Shown: positions 52,178 through 64,000 of the stretch, one piece after another | Position numbering within the stretch: position 1 is the first letter of the stretch | How the letters are laid out: the number at the start of each line of letters is the position of its first letter | Origin: Saccostrea cucullata | Taxonomy: Eukaryota | Direction of reading: 5' to 3' | DNA: 64,000 bases | Assembly (NCBI RefSeq): GCF_032062105.1 | Contig: NW_026931770.1 | Coordinates: 186,001-250,000 of the forward strand | Program-made: the position numbers and the translations under genes | The notes under the pieces: model-generated | What the model saw: only the letters and a program-made list of their open reading frames with translations | What the model was told of the DNA's origin: nothing | The model's database searches: none

Positions 52178-53577
52178 GGGTGTTGCTAAAACGCGGAACG
52201 GAAAACGGAAAGGAAAGCGGAACGGAACGGAAAGCGGAAAATAATATTTGAGATTAAATCATTTAAAATATATTAATTTCTCAGAAACGATATATTTTAT
52301 ACATATTTAATCCTTCCATGATCAATACAAGTTTACTTAGTCATTTTAAGTCTCTTACGGAAAGCTCTGACAAAGTAATGACATAGCTCCAATTTCTTTC
52401 AGAATTATTTTCTTACACTTTCTGACTACTATTTATTTAACAGTGTTGGAGGTTTCAATGATCATTTCAATAGTATAAAGGTTATGTCTGGAAAACAATT
52501 GGGGGGGATATTTATTATCTTTATAAATCATGGTAATTGGTTAAAAAAAAAATAAAATGTAAAAAAAATCTTCTAAATAAGATTACTATTAGAGCACCCC
52601 TTTCCCACAAGCCGGATAACACTTCGATTGTAAAACTGGTTTTTAAAATTTTATACAAGTTACAGTCGCTTCCTATCAATTAAAATCTTGGATAGATGGA
52701 GTTGTAAATCTTTACTGTAGTAAAATTAATATATCGTCCATACGTTAATTAAGTTACTAGTATTAAAGCGTTTTTCTTTTTTGGGGGGTGGGGGTGAATG
52801 ACCCAGTAAAACGTGTTTCCTTATGTTGCAGCTATTCATAATTGAATTTCTCAATATGCATATCGTATGCCACTCATGGATTTAAAGGGGAGAAAGACTC
52901 CCCGTCCTTTTTATGGCCAATATATGTGTGTGACTGAGGGAACCTACTCCGACCCCAAACTGCCCCCTCCCCATTTCAAGATTCCTGGATTCGCCAATGT
53001 ATGCGGCATAATCTGTATACCACTATGTCAAAACTAGTTCTTTTTTGTCTTTACCGATACACGTATGTATTCACACTACTAGTCTTTTTTCCTTCCGTCT
53101 TTTTCAATACAAGATTTTTTTATTTATAAATAAGCATTCTCTAAAAAATAATTTGAACGAAACGTTTGACAAATGGATACTACTGTAGATTACTAAATTT
53201 TTGTGAGATTGTCATTGATTCTTTGTAAGCGAGACATAATTTTCACGAATAGTTGTTATTCCTCTATACAATCGTAAGGAATACTTTTATACGCGAGAGT
53301 TTAATTTTCGCGAACACATTGTCTCGCGTAATTACGCGAAAATAAAAAGTGATTTACAGTAGTTAGTACATCTAAATCACAGAAAGCCTTTTAATGACCA
53401 TCGCATGTACATGTTATGAGAGGAGCATAATTCACAAATATATCATATTTTACGTTAATTTTTCATTAAATATGACTTTTATATCATGAATATTGCTTTT
53501 TATTTCTGATTCATATTGACATTTGTTTTCCGTTTTCCGTTTCGTTCCGTTTTCCGTTCCGCGTTTTAGCAACACCC
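52178..53577. mobile_element. Non-autonomous Mutator-like element
   Basis: TIR GGGTGTTGCTAAAACGCGGAACGGAA; 9-bp TSD CACTATTAA (52169-52177, 53578-53586). Confidence 0.8.
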
Positions 53578-54186
53578 CACTATTAAAGCCTTTATTGTAA
53601 AACTCTCTTCTTCTGTTGATAAGTACTGGGTATAAAGTCACACATCTTGTAAGGGTGATATAAGTAAACTTGAATTAAAGTTAGTTCTGATTTACCAAAT
53701 ACTTTTAGTAGTAGATCACTGAATTTTCGTGACGCCTTATTTTCTCGAGAAAGTACATCATTAACTCTTTATTAGCGAGAAAACATTTTCACGAATTGTG
53801 ATCATTTATTCTGTATAATTTGAAGGAGTACTAATATATGCGAGAATGAAATTTTTGCTATCATACTGTCTTGCGTAATAACGCGATAACAAAGTTCTCA
53901 CGAATAAAATGTGATTTACAGCAGTCCATTTTAATAGATTGAAGTTACACTGTGAAAGAAGTTCTTTGATGTTTTTCTGTACTTTTATTTACTTTAATTT
54001 TTAAGCAAATTAATAAAAAAAATAATAAAATGGTCATAAGAACGATATAAACATGAAATAACGTGTGTTTATGAGTAGAATTAGAATGTGTGTGTAATTT
54101 GCATCGGGATCGGTGCTTGAATGTAAACACGTGTTGTTACTTTCACTTTCAATTTTGCCTTCTTGCAAGCCGTCAAGCAATCTAAA

Positions 54187-56267
54187 ATGAATGAAAATAA
54201 TGACTCAAAGAAGCCAAAGTTGGATCTAGGATCTGGCGATGATGAAGATTGCCATGATAGTGATGTCGATTTTAAGTTTAGCAACGAACTTGCACTGGAA
54301 AAAATGTAAAAGAAATCATAAATCTAATATTTTAAACTCTAGATTAACAGCTGTAAAAAATGATGAATGAACAATGGATTAAAAGGAAATGAAATATCTC
54401 TTTACATCTTAGCATGAGAAAGTTGATACATAAGAAGGACTGTTTGACATATATTTCATTATTTATAATTGTTTTTTCTAGACGACAATTACAGGCGAAG
54501 TTTTGCAAGGAGAGAAATTGGGACCAGTTTCACAAACCTAGAAATGTTCTGCTTGCTTTAGTTGGGGAAGTAGGGGAGTTGGCAGAAATATTGTAAGTGA
54601 TTATGAAAAAGGTACTTTATCTATTTGTTTCCACATTTTGGCAGATTAATAGGAATGATATGATTTACCATATATATTTGCATGACTAAACTCTGCAGGC
54701 ACAGATCCAGGATTTTTTTCCGGGGAAGGGTTCTTCCTCAGTCAAAAAAAATTAAATCCATCATGTGTATGATTTTTCATTTCAACAGGAGTCTGCATTT
54801 TCTAAAAAAGGGGGGGGGCAATGTCACTTTTAGTAGCTTTTAATAGTATACACATGTGATAATTTGTCAAATTCTTGCCTGCCCTTTCTAGATCTGTGCA
54901 AAGTTTGATATTTTAAAAATTAGCATCCTCTAAACCAGTGATTAAGTCAAAATGAGTTGAAATCCCTGTTTTATGCTGCTGAAATCAGAGATTCTTGTGC
55001 ATGAAATTTTTGCTCTCTTTTTGCCTGAAAAATTGGCTATATAACCTTAAAATGGTTTATGTTAGGGCTTCATATCAATCATATTCAATGGTTTGGGTCA
55101 TGGATATTGGCCTGGGTAGCTCAGTGTTCGGAGCAGCTGACTAGTAATTCAGGAGGCATAGCTTCCAATTCTTGTCTGGTCCATCACATTTTCCCCCCAG
55201 GCACGGAAGACCAGAGCATTCAGACAGATTACAGGTAGCCAGATATCTCGGATGGAAGAGCATCTGATACATGTATGTGATTCAGGGGACCCAGGTTCAA
55301 ATCCTTGTCTGGTCTCTCACAGTTTTCTTTAGTTACACATATCTCACATGCATTTCTTGTGACGTTTCATTTTGGTACCAACAAGTCCTAGTTTGAGTGT
55401 GTTTGACTGTCTTTTGAATAATTTGAACCTTGGCTATGAGCTGCAATACAGGGATATCAGTGTTTCACAAACATGTCGTAACATGCTTTCATTTCTGGAC
55501 TGTTTTTTGGGCTCTTGTACCTCTTCAAAATGTTCAAAACATTTAGGGATGTGATTTTGGCTATAAATTTATATTTCAGTCAGTGGAAAGGTGAAGTTAG
55601 TGTTGGAATTCCAGGTGAGTACAATTTATTAGATACTTACCTATTATATACAGGGAAATTTTCACCCCTTTTTATTTTTATCACCCCTTTTATCCTTGTC
55701 ACAAGTGGGCTAATTTAAAACAGTGAAGTTTAAGAAAGTATAATTTCTAATACAGAACTGTGAATAAGCGAACTTAAAACTGAGCAAAACGGTACGCAAG
55801 TGTAAAAGGGTGAAATTAATTAACACAGGGTGAAGATAACACAGTATACAGTATCTAGTCCTTGTTATGCCTATGGGGACATCGGGCAAGGACTAGACTT
55901 CTTCACTTCTCTCTGTATTCCTTAATTTTTTGGATAACATATAAATAATACTTTAGATCTTAAAACTTAGAAGAAACAAATCAAGATTAAATTAACAATA
56001 TAAACCATTGTATGAAATATGAAATCATATTAAACTCCATTAACAGAACTCAGTGTTAAAGAGAAGGAACATGTGGGACAGGAATTGAGCGACATTTTGA
56101 TCTATCTCGTCCGATTAGCAGACAGATGTCAGATAGATCTACCGTCAGCCGTGCTACAGAAAATACACCAAAACGGACTCAAATATCCCGTACAGAAGGT
56201 CTACGGCAAAAATAACAAATACACTGATTATGTTACAGAGAGCAAGGAAGATGAAGAAAGAACTTGA
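54187..56267 (+). CDS. DCTPP1: dCTP pyrophosphatase 1 (MazG-like), form A
   Basis: Exons 54187-54305, 54482-54592, 55580-55614, 56047-56267; ERNWDQFHKPRN, GEVGELAEIFQWK, ELSDILIYL, N..KYP. Confidence 0.93.
55105..55340 (+). mobile_element. Degenerate tRNA(Thr)-containing TRIM (fuller paralogous copy at ~57545-57925)
   Basis: TAGCTCAGTG..GAGCAGCTGA-CTAGTAA-TTCAG and a second tRNA-like unit with GGTTCAAATCC; the paralog keeps the internal region and a purine tract. Confidence 0.55.
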
Positions 56268-56917
56268 TAATCATGACCAACAGAAAAAGAACATCTCAAG
56301 TATTCAGATGTAGTCCAAAATTGTAAACTAGTTCTACCAGTGAAATGGGAAACATAGAAACAGACAATCATTGAAAGCCGTAGTGGACACTGCATCATTT
56401 TTAATTAATAGTTGATGTTCAAATATTTTTGTTGATTGTTAGTTGTCATGAAATTTATGAATCATTTATGTAGCTATCACATGTAAATAATTTTTTATAA
56501 TTAATTATCAAAACACAGAGTAAGTAAAATTTTAACCCCTCATTCTTATCGTGTATCCTTTTTTATGTCAGTGCATTCTCAGCATTATGCACCAAATCTT
56601 CATAGGGAGTGTTTCATGAGCTCTGATTTGAATTAATATTCAGTATACAACACGGTTTGAAGTAATGGTTTGTGAGAAGACTTTTTGCAGATGTCATAAT
56701 TTTTTTACTAATTCGTAATTATTTCCTCTTTGAGGTAGGTGTGACCCTTCATTTGAACAAACTTGAACCCCTTTTAACCAGAATGACTATGTGGCAAGTT
56801 TGGTTGAAATTGGCCCATTGGCTTTTAAAAGAACTTGAAAATGTTAAAATTTTTTTAGCCTTCAGCACAGGTGAGCATATAACCTGAACTCGGGGGAGTT
56901 TTGTGTTACTGATTAGT

Positions 56918-57460
56918 TAGCTCACCTTAGCTGAAAGCTCAAGTGAGCTTTTTTGATCACATTTTTTCCGGCGTCCGTCTGTTAACTGCCTGTGAACTAT
57001 TCACAATTTAGATCTCTTCTCCAGAGCCACTGGGCCAGTTTCAAGCGAACTTGACACAAAGCATCCTTGGATAAAGGGGATTCAAGTTTATTCAGATGAA
57101 GGGCCACACCCTCTTTCAAGGGGAGATAATTAAGAAATAGTTAAATTTTGGTGGCATGTTTTAAAAGTCCTCTTTTCAAGAACGACTTGGTCTTGAAAAA
57201 TGAAACTATATATACCGGTAATGGACACTGGAAGCATCCTCAGGTTGTGTAGATTCAAGTATGTTCAAACCATGACCCCTGGGGAGCTGGCAGGGTAACA
57301 ATGGACAATCAAAGTTTTACATAGGAATATACAGGAAAAATCTCTAAAAATCTTCTATTCAATAACAACTAAGCCACGATTAATCATACATGTATTTATT
57401 TGGAAGCATCCTCAGGTAGTGTTGATTCAAGTTAATTCAAATCATAACCCCCCCCCCCCC
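56918..57460 (+). mobile_element. HINE with ~170-bp satellite-like units, truncated at a poly-C run
   Basis: TTAGCTCACC..AGCTGAAAGCTCAAGTGAGC start, CGTCCGTCTG, AAGCATCCT..GATTCAAGT units at ~57059, 57232, 57404. Confidence 0.75.
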
Positions 57461-58774
57461 CCTTTTGTCCTGAAAAATTGGCTATAACCTTTAAATGGTT
57501 TATGTTAATGCTTCATATCAATCTTATTTAATGGTTTGGGTATTGGCATGTGTATCTCAGTGTTTGGAGCAGCTGACTAGTAATTCAGGAGGCCTAGCTT
57601 GTCTTGTCCATTGCATTTTTCTCCCTCACTCATTACACTTGATGCCATGCCCTGGAAGTGACAGGTGAAAGACCAATGCCCAAAAAAAGCCTTGGTTGGT
57701 GTCTTTAGGGGCAAAGACTTTTTTTTTCTTCAAGACCAAGTCGTTCTTGAAAAGAAGGAGGGAAGTTATATGGCATTCAGACAGGTTTGATCACAAGTTG
57801 CAAGATAGCTCATTTGGAATAGGACCTGACCTGTGATTCAGATGGAAGAGAATTTGATATGTGATTCAGGGGACCCAGATTCAAATCCTTGTCTGGTCAG
57901 TCACAGTTTACTCTCTTCAGATACATATTTCACATGTATTTCTTGTTTTGTCTCATTTGGTACCAACATGTCCTTCTAGTTTGACCGTCTTTTGAAAAAC
58001 TTTAACCTTGGCTATGAGCTGCCATACAGGGATATCAGTGTTTCACATACAGTCTTGCAAGGGCCCAGGTGAAAATGTGAATCCCAGCTCTATAGGAATA
58101 ACACTGTCTATCTGTCTGTCTGTCCTTCAACAATTTTGTTGTGATAACTTGAATAGTTTTCAAAGTATTCTTATAATTTTGTATTGTACTTCACTGTTCA
58201 AGGAAGACATCTATAGATTTTGAGATCATATCACTTTGCCTATCTGTCTTTGACTAATTGTATATCCATTTCCTGTGAATTTTATTGTGATAATGTGATA
58301 TCACACACATGCAGTTTTCAATGTGGCGTTTTAGTGGTGTACTTTACTGTTAGAGGAAGACATATGGGTCATATCACTTTGTCTGTGTGTCTGAATACAT
58401 GTACATATATATAAATGAACCATTGTGACAGAATAACTTTGTGTTCATTATAAAAATTTCAAATTTTATGCTGTAAGATTTGACCGTAAGAGAAAGACAT
58501 ATCTGTTAAATTTTGTGGTCAACTTGCATCTTTCTAAAGACATGTTCATGGTACATGTAATAGTTCTCTACTTCAACGATTTTCATTGACCGTCAAGTAT
58601 TGCTCATAACAAAAAATAACAATGACAAAATGTCACCATTTGGAGACATTATTACAGATCCATATAAGATGTAATCTGCTTTCATTTTTACACTGCTTTT
58701 TGGCTTTTGTGCCTATTCAAAATATTCAATACTTTTAAGGGAAGTAATATATTGGTGATAAATTTATATTTCAG

Positions 58775-61032
58775 TCAGTGGAAAGGTGAAGTTACTGTTG
58801 GAATTCCAGGTGAGTCCAATTTATTGGATACCTGCATACCTACTGTATACAGGGAAAGTTTTGCCCATGTTTATTTTTTTGCCCCTTTCACCCTAAAACA
58901 AAGAATGCAGTAATAATTTCTAAAACAGAACTGAATAGCCAAATTTAAAAGGGGGCAAAATTGTTAGCAAGTGTAAAAGGATGAAAATAACCCTGTATAC
59001 AGTATCAGATCTAGTTCTAGTTATGCCCAGGGGCACATAGGGCAAGGACTAGCTGCAGATCTGTAGCGTTGTGGTTTTATATACTTGTCTTTGACCATAA
59101 CGCTACAGATCCCGTAGTGCAAAAAGGTGCAATTTACGGCCCAATATTTTTTGCACAATTTTGGGGAGAATTTCTCCACTTTCTAGCTTTGGTCAATCAA
59201 CTACCTTTCACTCTCTAATTATTCTAAGCACATTATTTAACTAATCTGTATATTTTATCCATCTCCCAACCCTTTGTAGTCGTCTTTACAAGTGATAAAT
59301 TCGCTTGATTAAAATTATTTGTTAGATTGCTGAAAATTTACTTCAAGTGAGTATATTGCATGTAGAGACAACTATAAATGGTTGGAAGGTAGATAGAATA
59401 TACATTTTGGCTCAAAATATGTCTAGAATTGGGGAGTGAAAGGTAGATGGTTGACCAATGCTAGTAAGTGGAGAAATTCTCCCCAAAAGTGTGCAAAAAA
59501 TATTGTGTCGTAAATTGCACCTTTTTTGCATTACGGGATCGATAGCGTTACGGTCGAAGACAAATATATAAAACCATAACGCTACTGATCTGCAGCCAGG
59601 GCTCGAGCTGTGATTCGCCATTGTCGCCAATTGCGAATTTTTTCCAAAAGTGGCGAAAAGAAATTCATAAGTGGCGAAAAGAATTTTTTTAGTTTTTCAT
59701 GTACAAAATTTGTGTAGTCCTGGTTAGCTCCTCTGTTTATTCAATGTATACAGATAAGTCCCAATGTTTATTTAATGCAGCAGAGGTGTGAAAACTGAAA
59801 CCTACATGTAGGAAATCATGTCTCGCTTGAACGAACACAGCTCACTAGATAACTAGCCTGGAGCAATAAAGGGTTACAAAATTGCTTGAAATAATATAAT
59901 TTGGATTAAACAAAGGGGGATAAAGTGTTATTAGGAGATGAAGTTAGTAAATAAAAGATTTTTATCAACAAAATTTGGATCTATGTAGATCGTTTTTTTA
60001 AACCGAAAGTAGGGAAACATGACGAAAATTGTAAAGAATGGCTTCAAATTTTGCCTATTAATGAAAATTGAAAATGTGTACATTATACCATAAACTGACA
60101 AAGAGTGAAAAAGAAATTGGTTTGGAAACAGAATTATCTTGGTAAATTACAGTGAATTATTTACATTTACATGAGCTTGCACATTAAACCCTGGAGTTAC
60201 CAAGTTATAAAATAAAGTCAACTTTTAAACCTAATTTTCATTACTTTTAATTACTTTCTTTCTTATTTTTTAAATTCATGAAATGATGAAAATTTCCATT
60301 TTCAAAAAATGTCATATATTTTTACTAGGTCTGTATCCCCCCCTTTCCAGGCAAAAAATATAAGCAAGGACATTTTCTGTCAAGAGTTGGCTGATATCAA
60401 TTCAATATTAAATTAATAATATAATTCCAACATTAGTTTTTTTTCCTTTTCTTAAATGGATACTACCATAAGCTTTGAACATTACAATTTTAAGATAATC
60501 ATAAATGTCTCTGATAAACATAATTAAAAAAAATGAATAACATAAAGTGCAGTGCATTGTCGAGAAATAAGATGTAAGTATATGCCTTTTTTTGTCGCGA
60601 AAAGTGGCGAAAAATATTTTCAGTCCAGTGGGAGCCCTGTCTGCAGCTAGGCAAGGACTAGGCTTCTCCACTTCTTTTTGTCGTGCATTCCTCAATTATT
60701 TGGATAACATAGAAAAACTTAAGATCCTAAAACTTGGAAGAAACAAATCAAGATTTAATTCACAACATAAACTGTTGTATGATAAGTGAAATCATTTCAC
60801 TCCATTAACAGAACTCAGTACTAAAGAGAAAGAGCATGTTGGAGAGGAATTGAGCGACATTTTGATCAACCTTGTCAGATTAGCAGACAGATGTCAGATA
60901 GATCTACCGTCAGCCGTGCTACAGAAATTACATCAAAACGGACTCAAATATCCCATACAGAAGGCCTACGGCAAATGTAAAAAATACACCGATTATGTTA
61001 CAGAGGGGAAGGGGGATGATGAAAGAACTTAA
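58775..61032 (+). CDS. DCTPP1: Duplicated DCTPP1 exons 3b (58775-58809) and 4b (60812-61032)
   Basis: Intact splice sites and frame: QWKGEVTVGIP-ELSTKEKEHVGEELSDILINLVRLADRC...; no copy of exons 1-2. Confidence 0.8.
59050..60649. mobile_element. Academ(H)-type non-autonomous element with a nested hAT
   Basis: TAGCTGCAGATC..CTGCAGCTA, long TIRs, 9-bp TSD GGCAAGGAC; empty paralogous site at ~55885. Confidence 0.85.
59597..60639. mobile_element. hAT-type non-autonomous element
   Basis: CAGGGCTC...GAGCCCTG termini, 8-bp TSD TCTGCAGC. Confidence 0.85.
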
Positions 61033-62262
61033 TAATCATGACCAACAGGAAAAGAATATCTCAAGTAATTGGATGTAGTTCAAAATTGTAAACTAGTTCT
61101 ACAAGTAAATGGGCCGCAAAGAAATGGACAATCAGTGAAAGCCGTAGTGGACACTACATCATTTTCATTTTATACTTTTTTATGAATCATTTACAATACG
61201 CTACGTAAAATAATCATTATTATAAAAAATGTATCAGCAAAATACAGAGTAAGTAAAATTTTAACTACTCACTCTTCTAATGTCACATCTCATCTTTGTC
61301 AGTGCATTCTCAGCATTATATGCACCAAATCTTCTTAGAAGTGTTTCATGAGCTCAAATTTGAGTTAATATTCAGTATACAACTATACATCACAGCTTTA
61401 AGAAATGGTTTGTGAGAAAATTTAAAGATATCAGTAATTTTTCACTAAATTAATTTGTAATTATCTCCCCTTTGAAGTCATTTGAACACAATTTAATCCC
61501 CCTTAAGCAAGGATACTTTGACGTAAGTTTGGTGGAAATTGGCCCAGTGGTTCTTAAAAGAATGTGTCAAAAATGTGAACAGTTTACAAAGACAGACAGA
61601 CAGACAGACAGAGGGATACTGGAAAAAAAAGTTATCAGATTAGCTCATTTGAGCCTTCAGCTCAGTTGTGCTAAAACTTCTTAACTCAAGGTGAGGATCA
61701 ATATTTCATGTGACTGGTTGTAAATTGCTTGCATTATCATTGAATTCTTAAATTTTCATTTTAAAAATATATCTATATTTACAGTCTATAAATTTATTAA
61801 TTCCACAATGTTCAGTTCAAACATCTGAGTCGTGGAAGTTCTTACAGACTAAAATACATGTATGGGTAAAATTAAAGCAAGATTGGACACAGGAGTGAAA
61901 AATATGCACGAGACATGCTCTGGTCAAGAATTTTACACAAAGGTGCTTACATATTGACCTGACCTTTGATGTTGAAAATGGGATGAACTAAAGAAATTTA
62001 AAAATATTGTATCAACTTTTTGTTGGCACAATTGTATTGTCCAAAATTACTTGAAAAGTGCCTTTAAAATAATGCTGCTGGGCTGTTTGACCTTATTTGA
62101 AATAACAATCCACACAAAATCATATATTTAAAACTATGACAACAATTTATTTAATGTAGATATAAATATATATAAATTTCATAGTACTTGTTAAAATGTA
62201 AATAATTACCCCTTTAAAATTTTCTTACAAATACAGTTTATACTAATGAAAGACTAGTGGGT

Positions 62263-63722
62263 TTAGGGTAAGACAGAGGAATTTCCAGCTAAGTTGAGAC
62301 TCCCTATACAATCTGGGTCATTAATGCAGTTAACTTTTCCTATACAGTCCGAGTCGTTAATATGTTTGTTTTGCTGATCACAGTTTTGAGCACACTTATT
62401 GCTTGGCCATGGGAATGTGTTTGAGTCTGTAGGGTGACTAGGGTCATGAGGTGGGTCGGGGCAGGTCCGAGGGACACTCAGAAATCGCACAATGCTGCTG
62501 TGAGAGTTTGAGTACACTGAGTCTGCTAGATGAGATTTTGAGTACAATGGGTCCGTGACAACGGAGAGCCCACTGGCCAGTAAACTCGTCTCGTAACTGG
62601 TTGTGAGATTAGAGATTTTAGGTCGAGACATCAACTCCTCCATAGATATGCTTTTATTTGACATATTGTGACGTTGGGCAAGTGCTGATAACTTGCCAGA
62701 TAATTTCTCAAGAGAGGACGTTTGCACAAGCATGGCTGTGGGTAAACTCCTCCTCCTTAGAAATTGAGATATGGGAACACTTTCTCTACGAATAGTCACA
62801 CAGGTTATCTCCCTTTTGACATAAGCAGGAGGCATGCTGTGCCTTCGCTGCTCAGGATCCCAGCCATTTTCTAAGATTTCATGGACGGGAGACAGACTCC
62901 TACAACTCCCGCGCCGACTGTCCAGGGAGTTACTGTCTTCGTCCGTGATGTGGATGTAGTTGAGAGGAAGTCTCCCTTCCTCCACAGTGTCTGTTTTTTC
63001 TTCGTTTAACACCTCCTCGTCCGACTCCGCAGGTTTACTGACCTCCTCCTCTTCTTTGATCACTTCCCGCCAATTTTTCAGATTCTGAGCGACATTGTCT
63101 AGCATCACATCACTAAGTTTAGAGGGAAGAAACTGTCTCCAGGCATAAAACAAAGGGTTCACTACGTACTCCATAAATCCTGGAACAAAGAGAGAAAAAG
63201 GTCAAAATCCTTCAACAAGGAGACATTTTTTTTTCTTAGATAATTATTGAACCGTTTTTTATTTAAATACGAAATAGAAGCATACCATTTTTTTGCCATA
63301 GATTTATTTACACTTTCTCTTACGAAAACCCTTTATTATTTATATTTTACATGATAATTCAATATTAGGCAAGATCAAGTTGTTTACATCATCTAATTTG
63401 TACAATAAAACTTGTTTAGTAAGAACAAAGATACTGCGAATTCATGGATATTGCTAAGTTATCTTGGATTCCAAGCTTTATAGATTTGGTGCATTCCTTA
63501 CACAGATACAGCAAATTCTGGATATACATGTAGCAAATAAATTTCATAGGTCCCAGTGACTTTGTTATAACTGAGTTTTACTGTTACAGTATTGTCAATC
63601 TAATAATAATAAAAGATTAGATCGGTGAATAATCATCTTACCAGCTTGTATCCTGGCTGTTGTCATGGTTACTCGGTTACACATAGGAGTTACAGGAAGT
63701 TCTAGTTCTCTTTCATAGTCAC
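62263..63722 (-). CDS. 3' end of a PDE7-like cAMP phosphodiesterase (last two exons; gene continues beyond the window)
   Basis: Exons 63722-63642 and 63179-62263: GDYERELELPVTPMCNR..ARIQAGFMEYVVNPLF..W..LS.VML.NV..N...W (class I PDE invariant Gln, closest in recall to PDE7). Confidence 0.8.
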
Positions 63723-64000
63723 CTGTTAGATCAGAACAAACACACTTAAAATCCACGTCAGATACAAACAACATTGCTTAAACTACTATGTGAGATCAGA
63801 AAAGAACAAACACATTAAATAAAGTTTCATATATAGAATTTCTGTTCTTCTGAACAAAATTTATGGAATACAGATTGTTTGTTTCTGTGTTTATCATGGT
63901 AAGTTGATTACATCTCCTTCAATAATTTTTTACTCATATTAAGACGCCATCACTTGCTGGTAGAGAGCTGTAAATTTTAGACCAAGTCATTGACCAGTGA

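Overview
AT-rich, intron-rich animal genomic DNA, most likely an oyster or other bivalve (inferred from Helentron-type HINEs with ~170-bp satellite units, V/Meta-domain SINEs and AcademH-type elements). Spliced housekeeping genes, assembled by hand from GT-AG junctions and recalled homology: DBT (-), NEK8 (+), MED23 (-, no native first exon found), an isolated RCL1 first exon (-), ERCC8/CSA (+), non-muscle myosin regulatory light chain (+), DCTPP1 (+, 3' half tandemly duplicated) and the 3' end of a PDE7-like phosphodiesterase (-). Introns and spacers hold many nested mobile elements. Most interesting: (1) RCL1 exon 1 sits where MED23 exon 1 should be and has an internal in-frame donor that would join it to MED23; (2) at least seven short tandem duplications straddle exon-intron junctions; (3) 34 hand-counted TACATGTA words behave like Tc1/mariner excision scars; (4) DCTPP1 has two alternative intact C-terminal halves differing at a substrate-pocket Tyr; (5) miniature LTR elements carry tRNA-like sequence in the LTR; (6) three U12-type introns; (7) an unclassified 3.5-kb transposon carrying a spliced transposase-like gene. 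No searches were run, and coordinates were counted by hand and may be off by a few bases.
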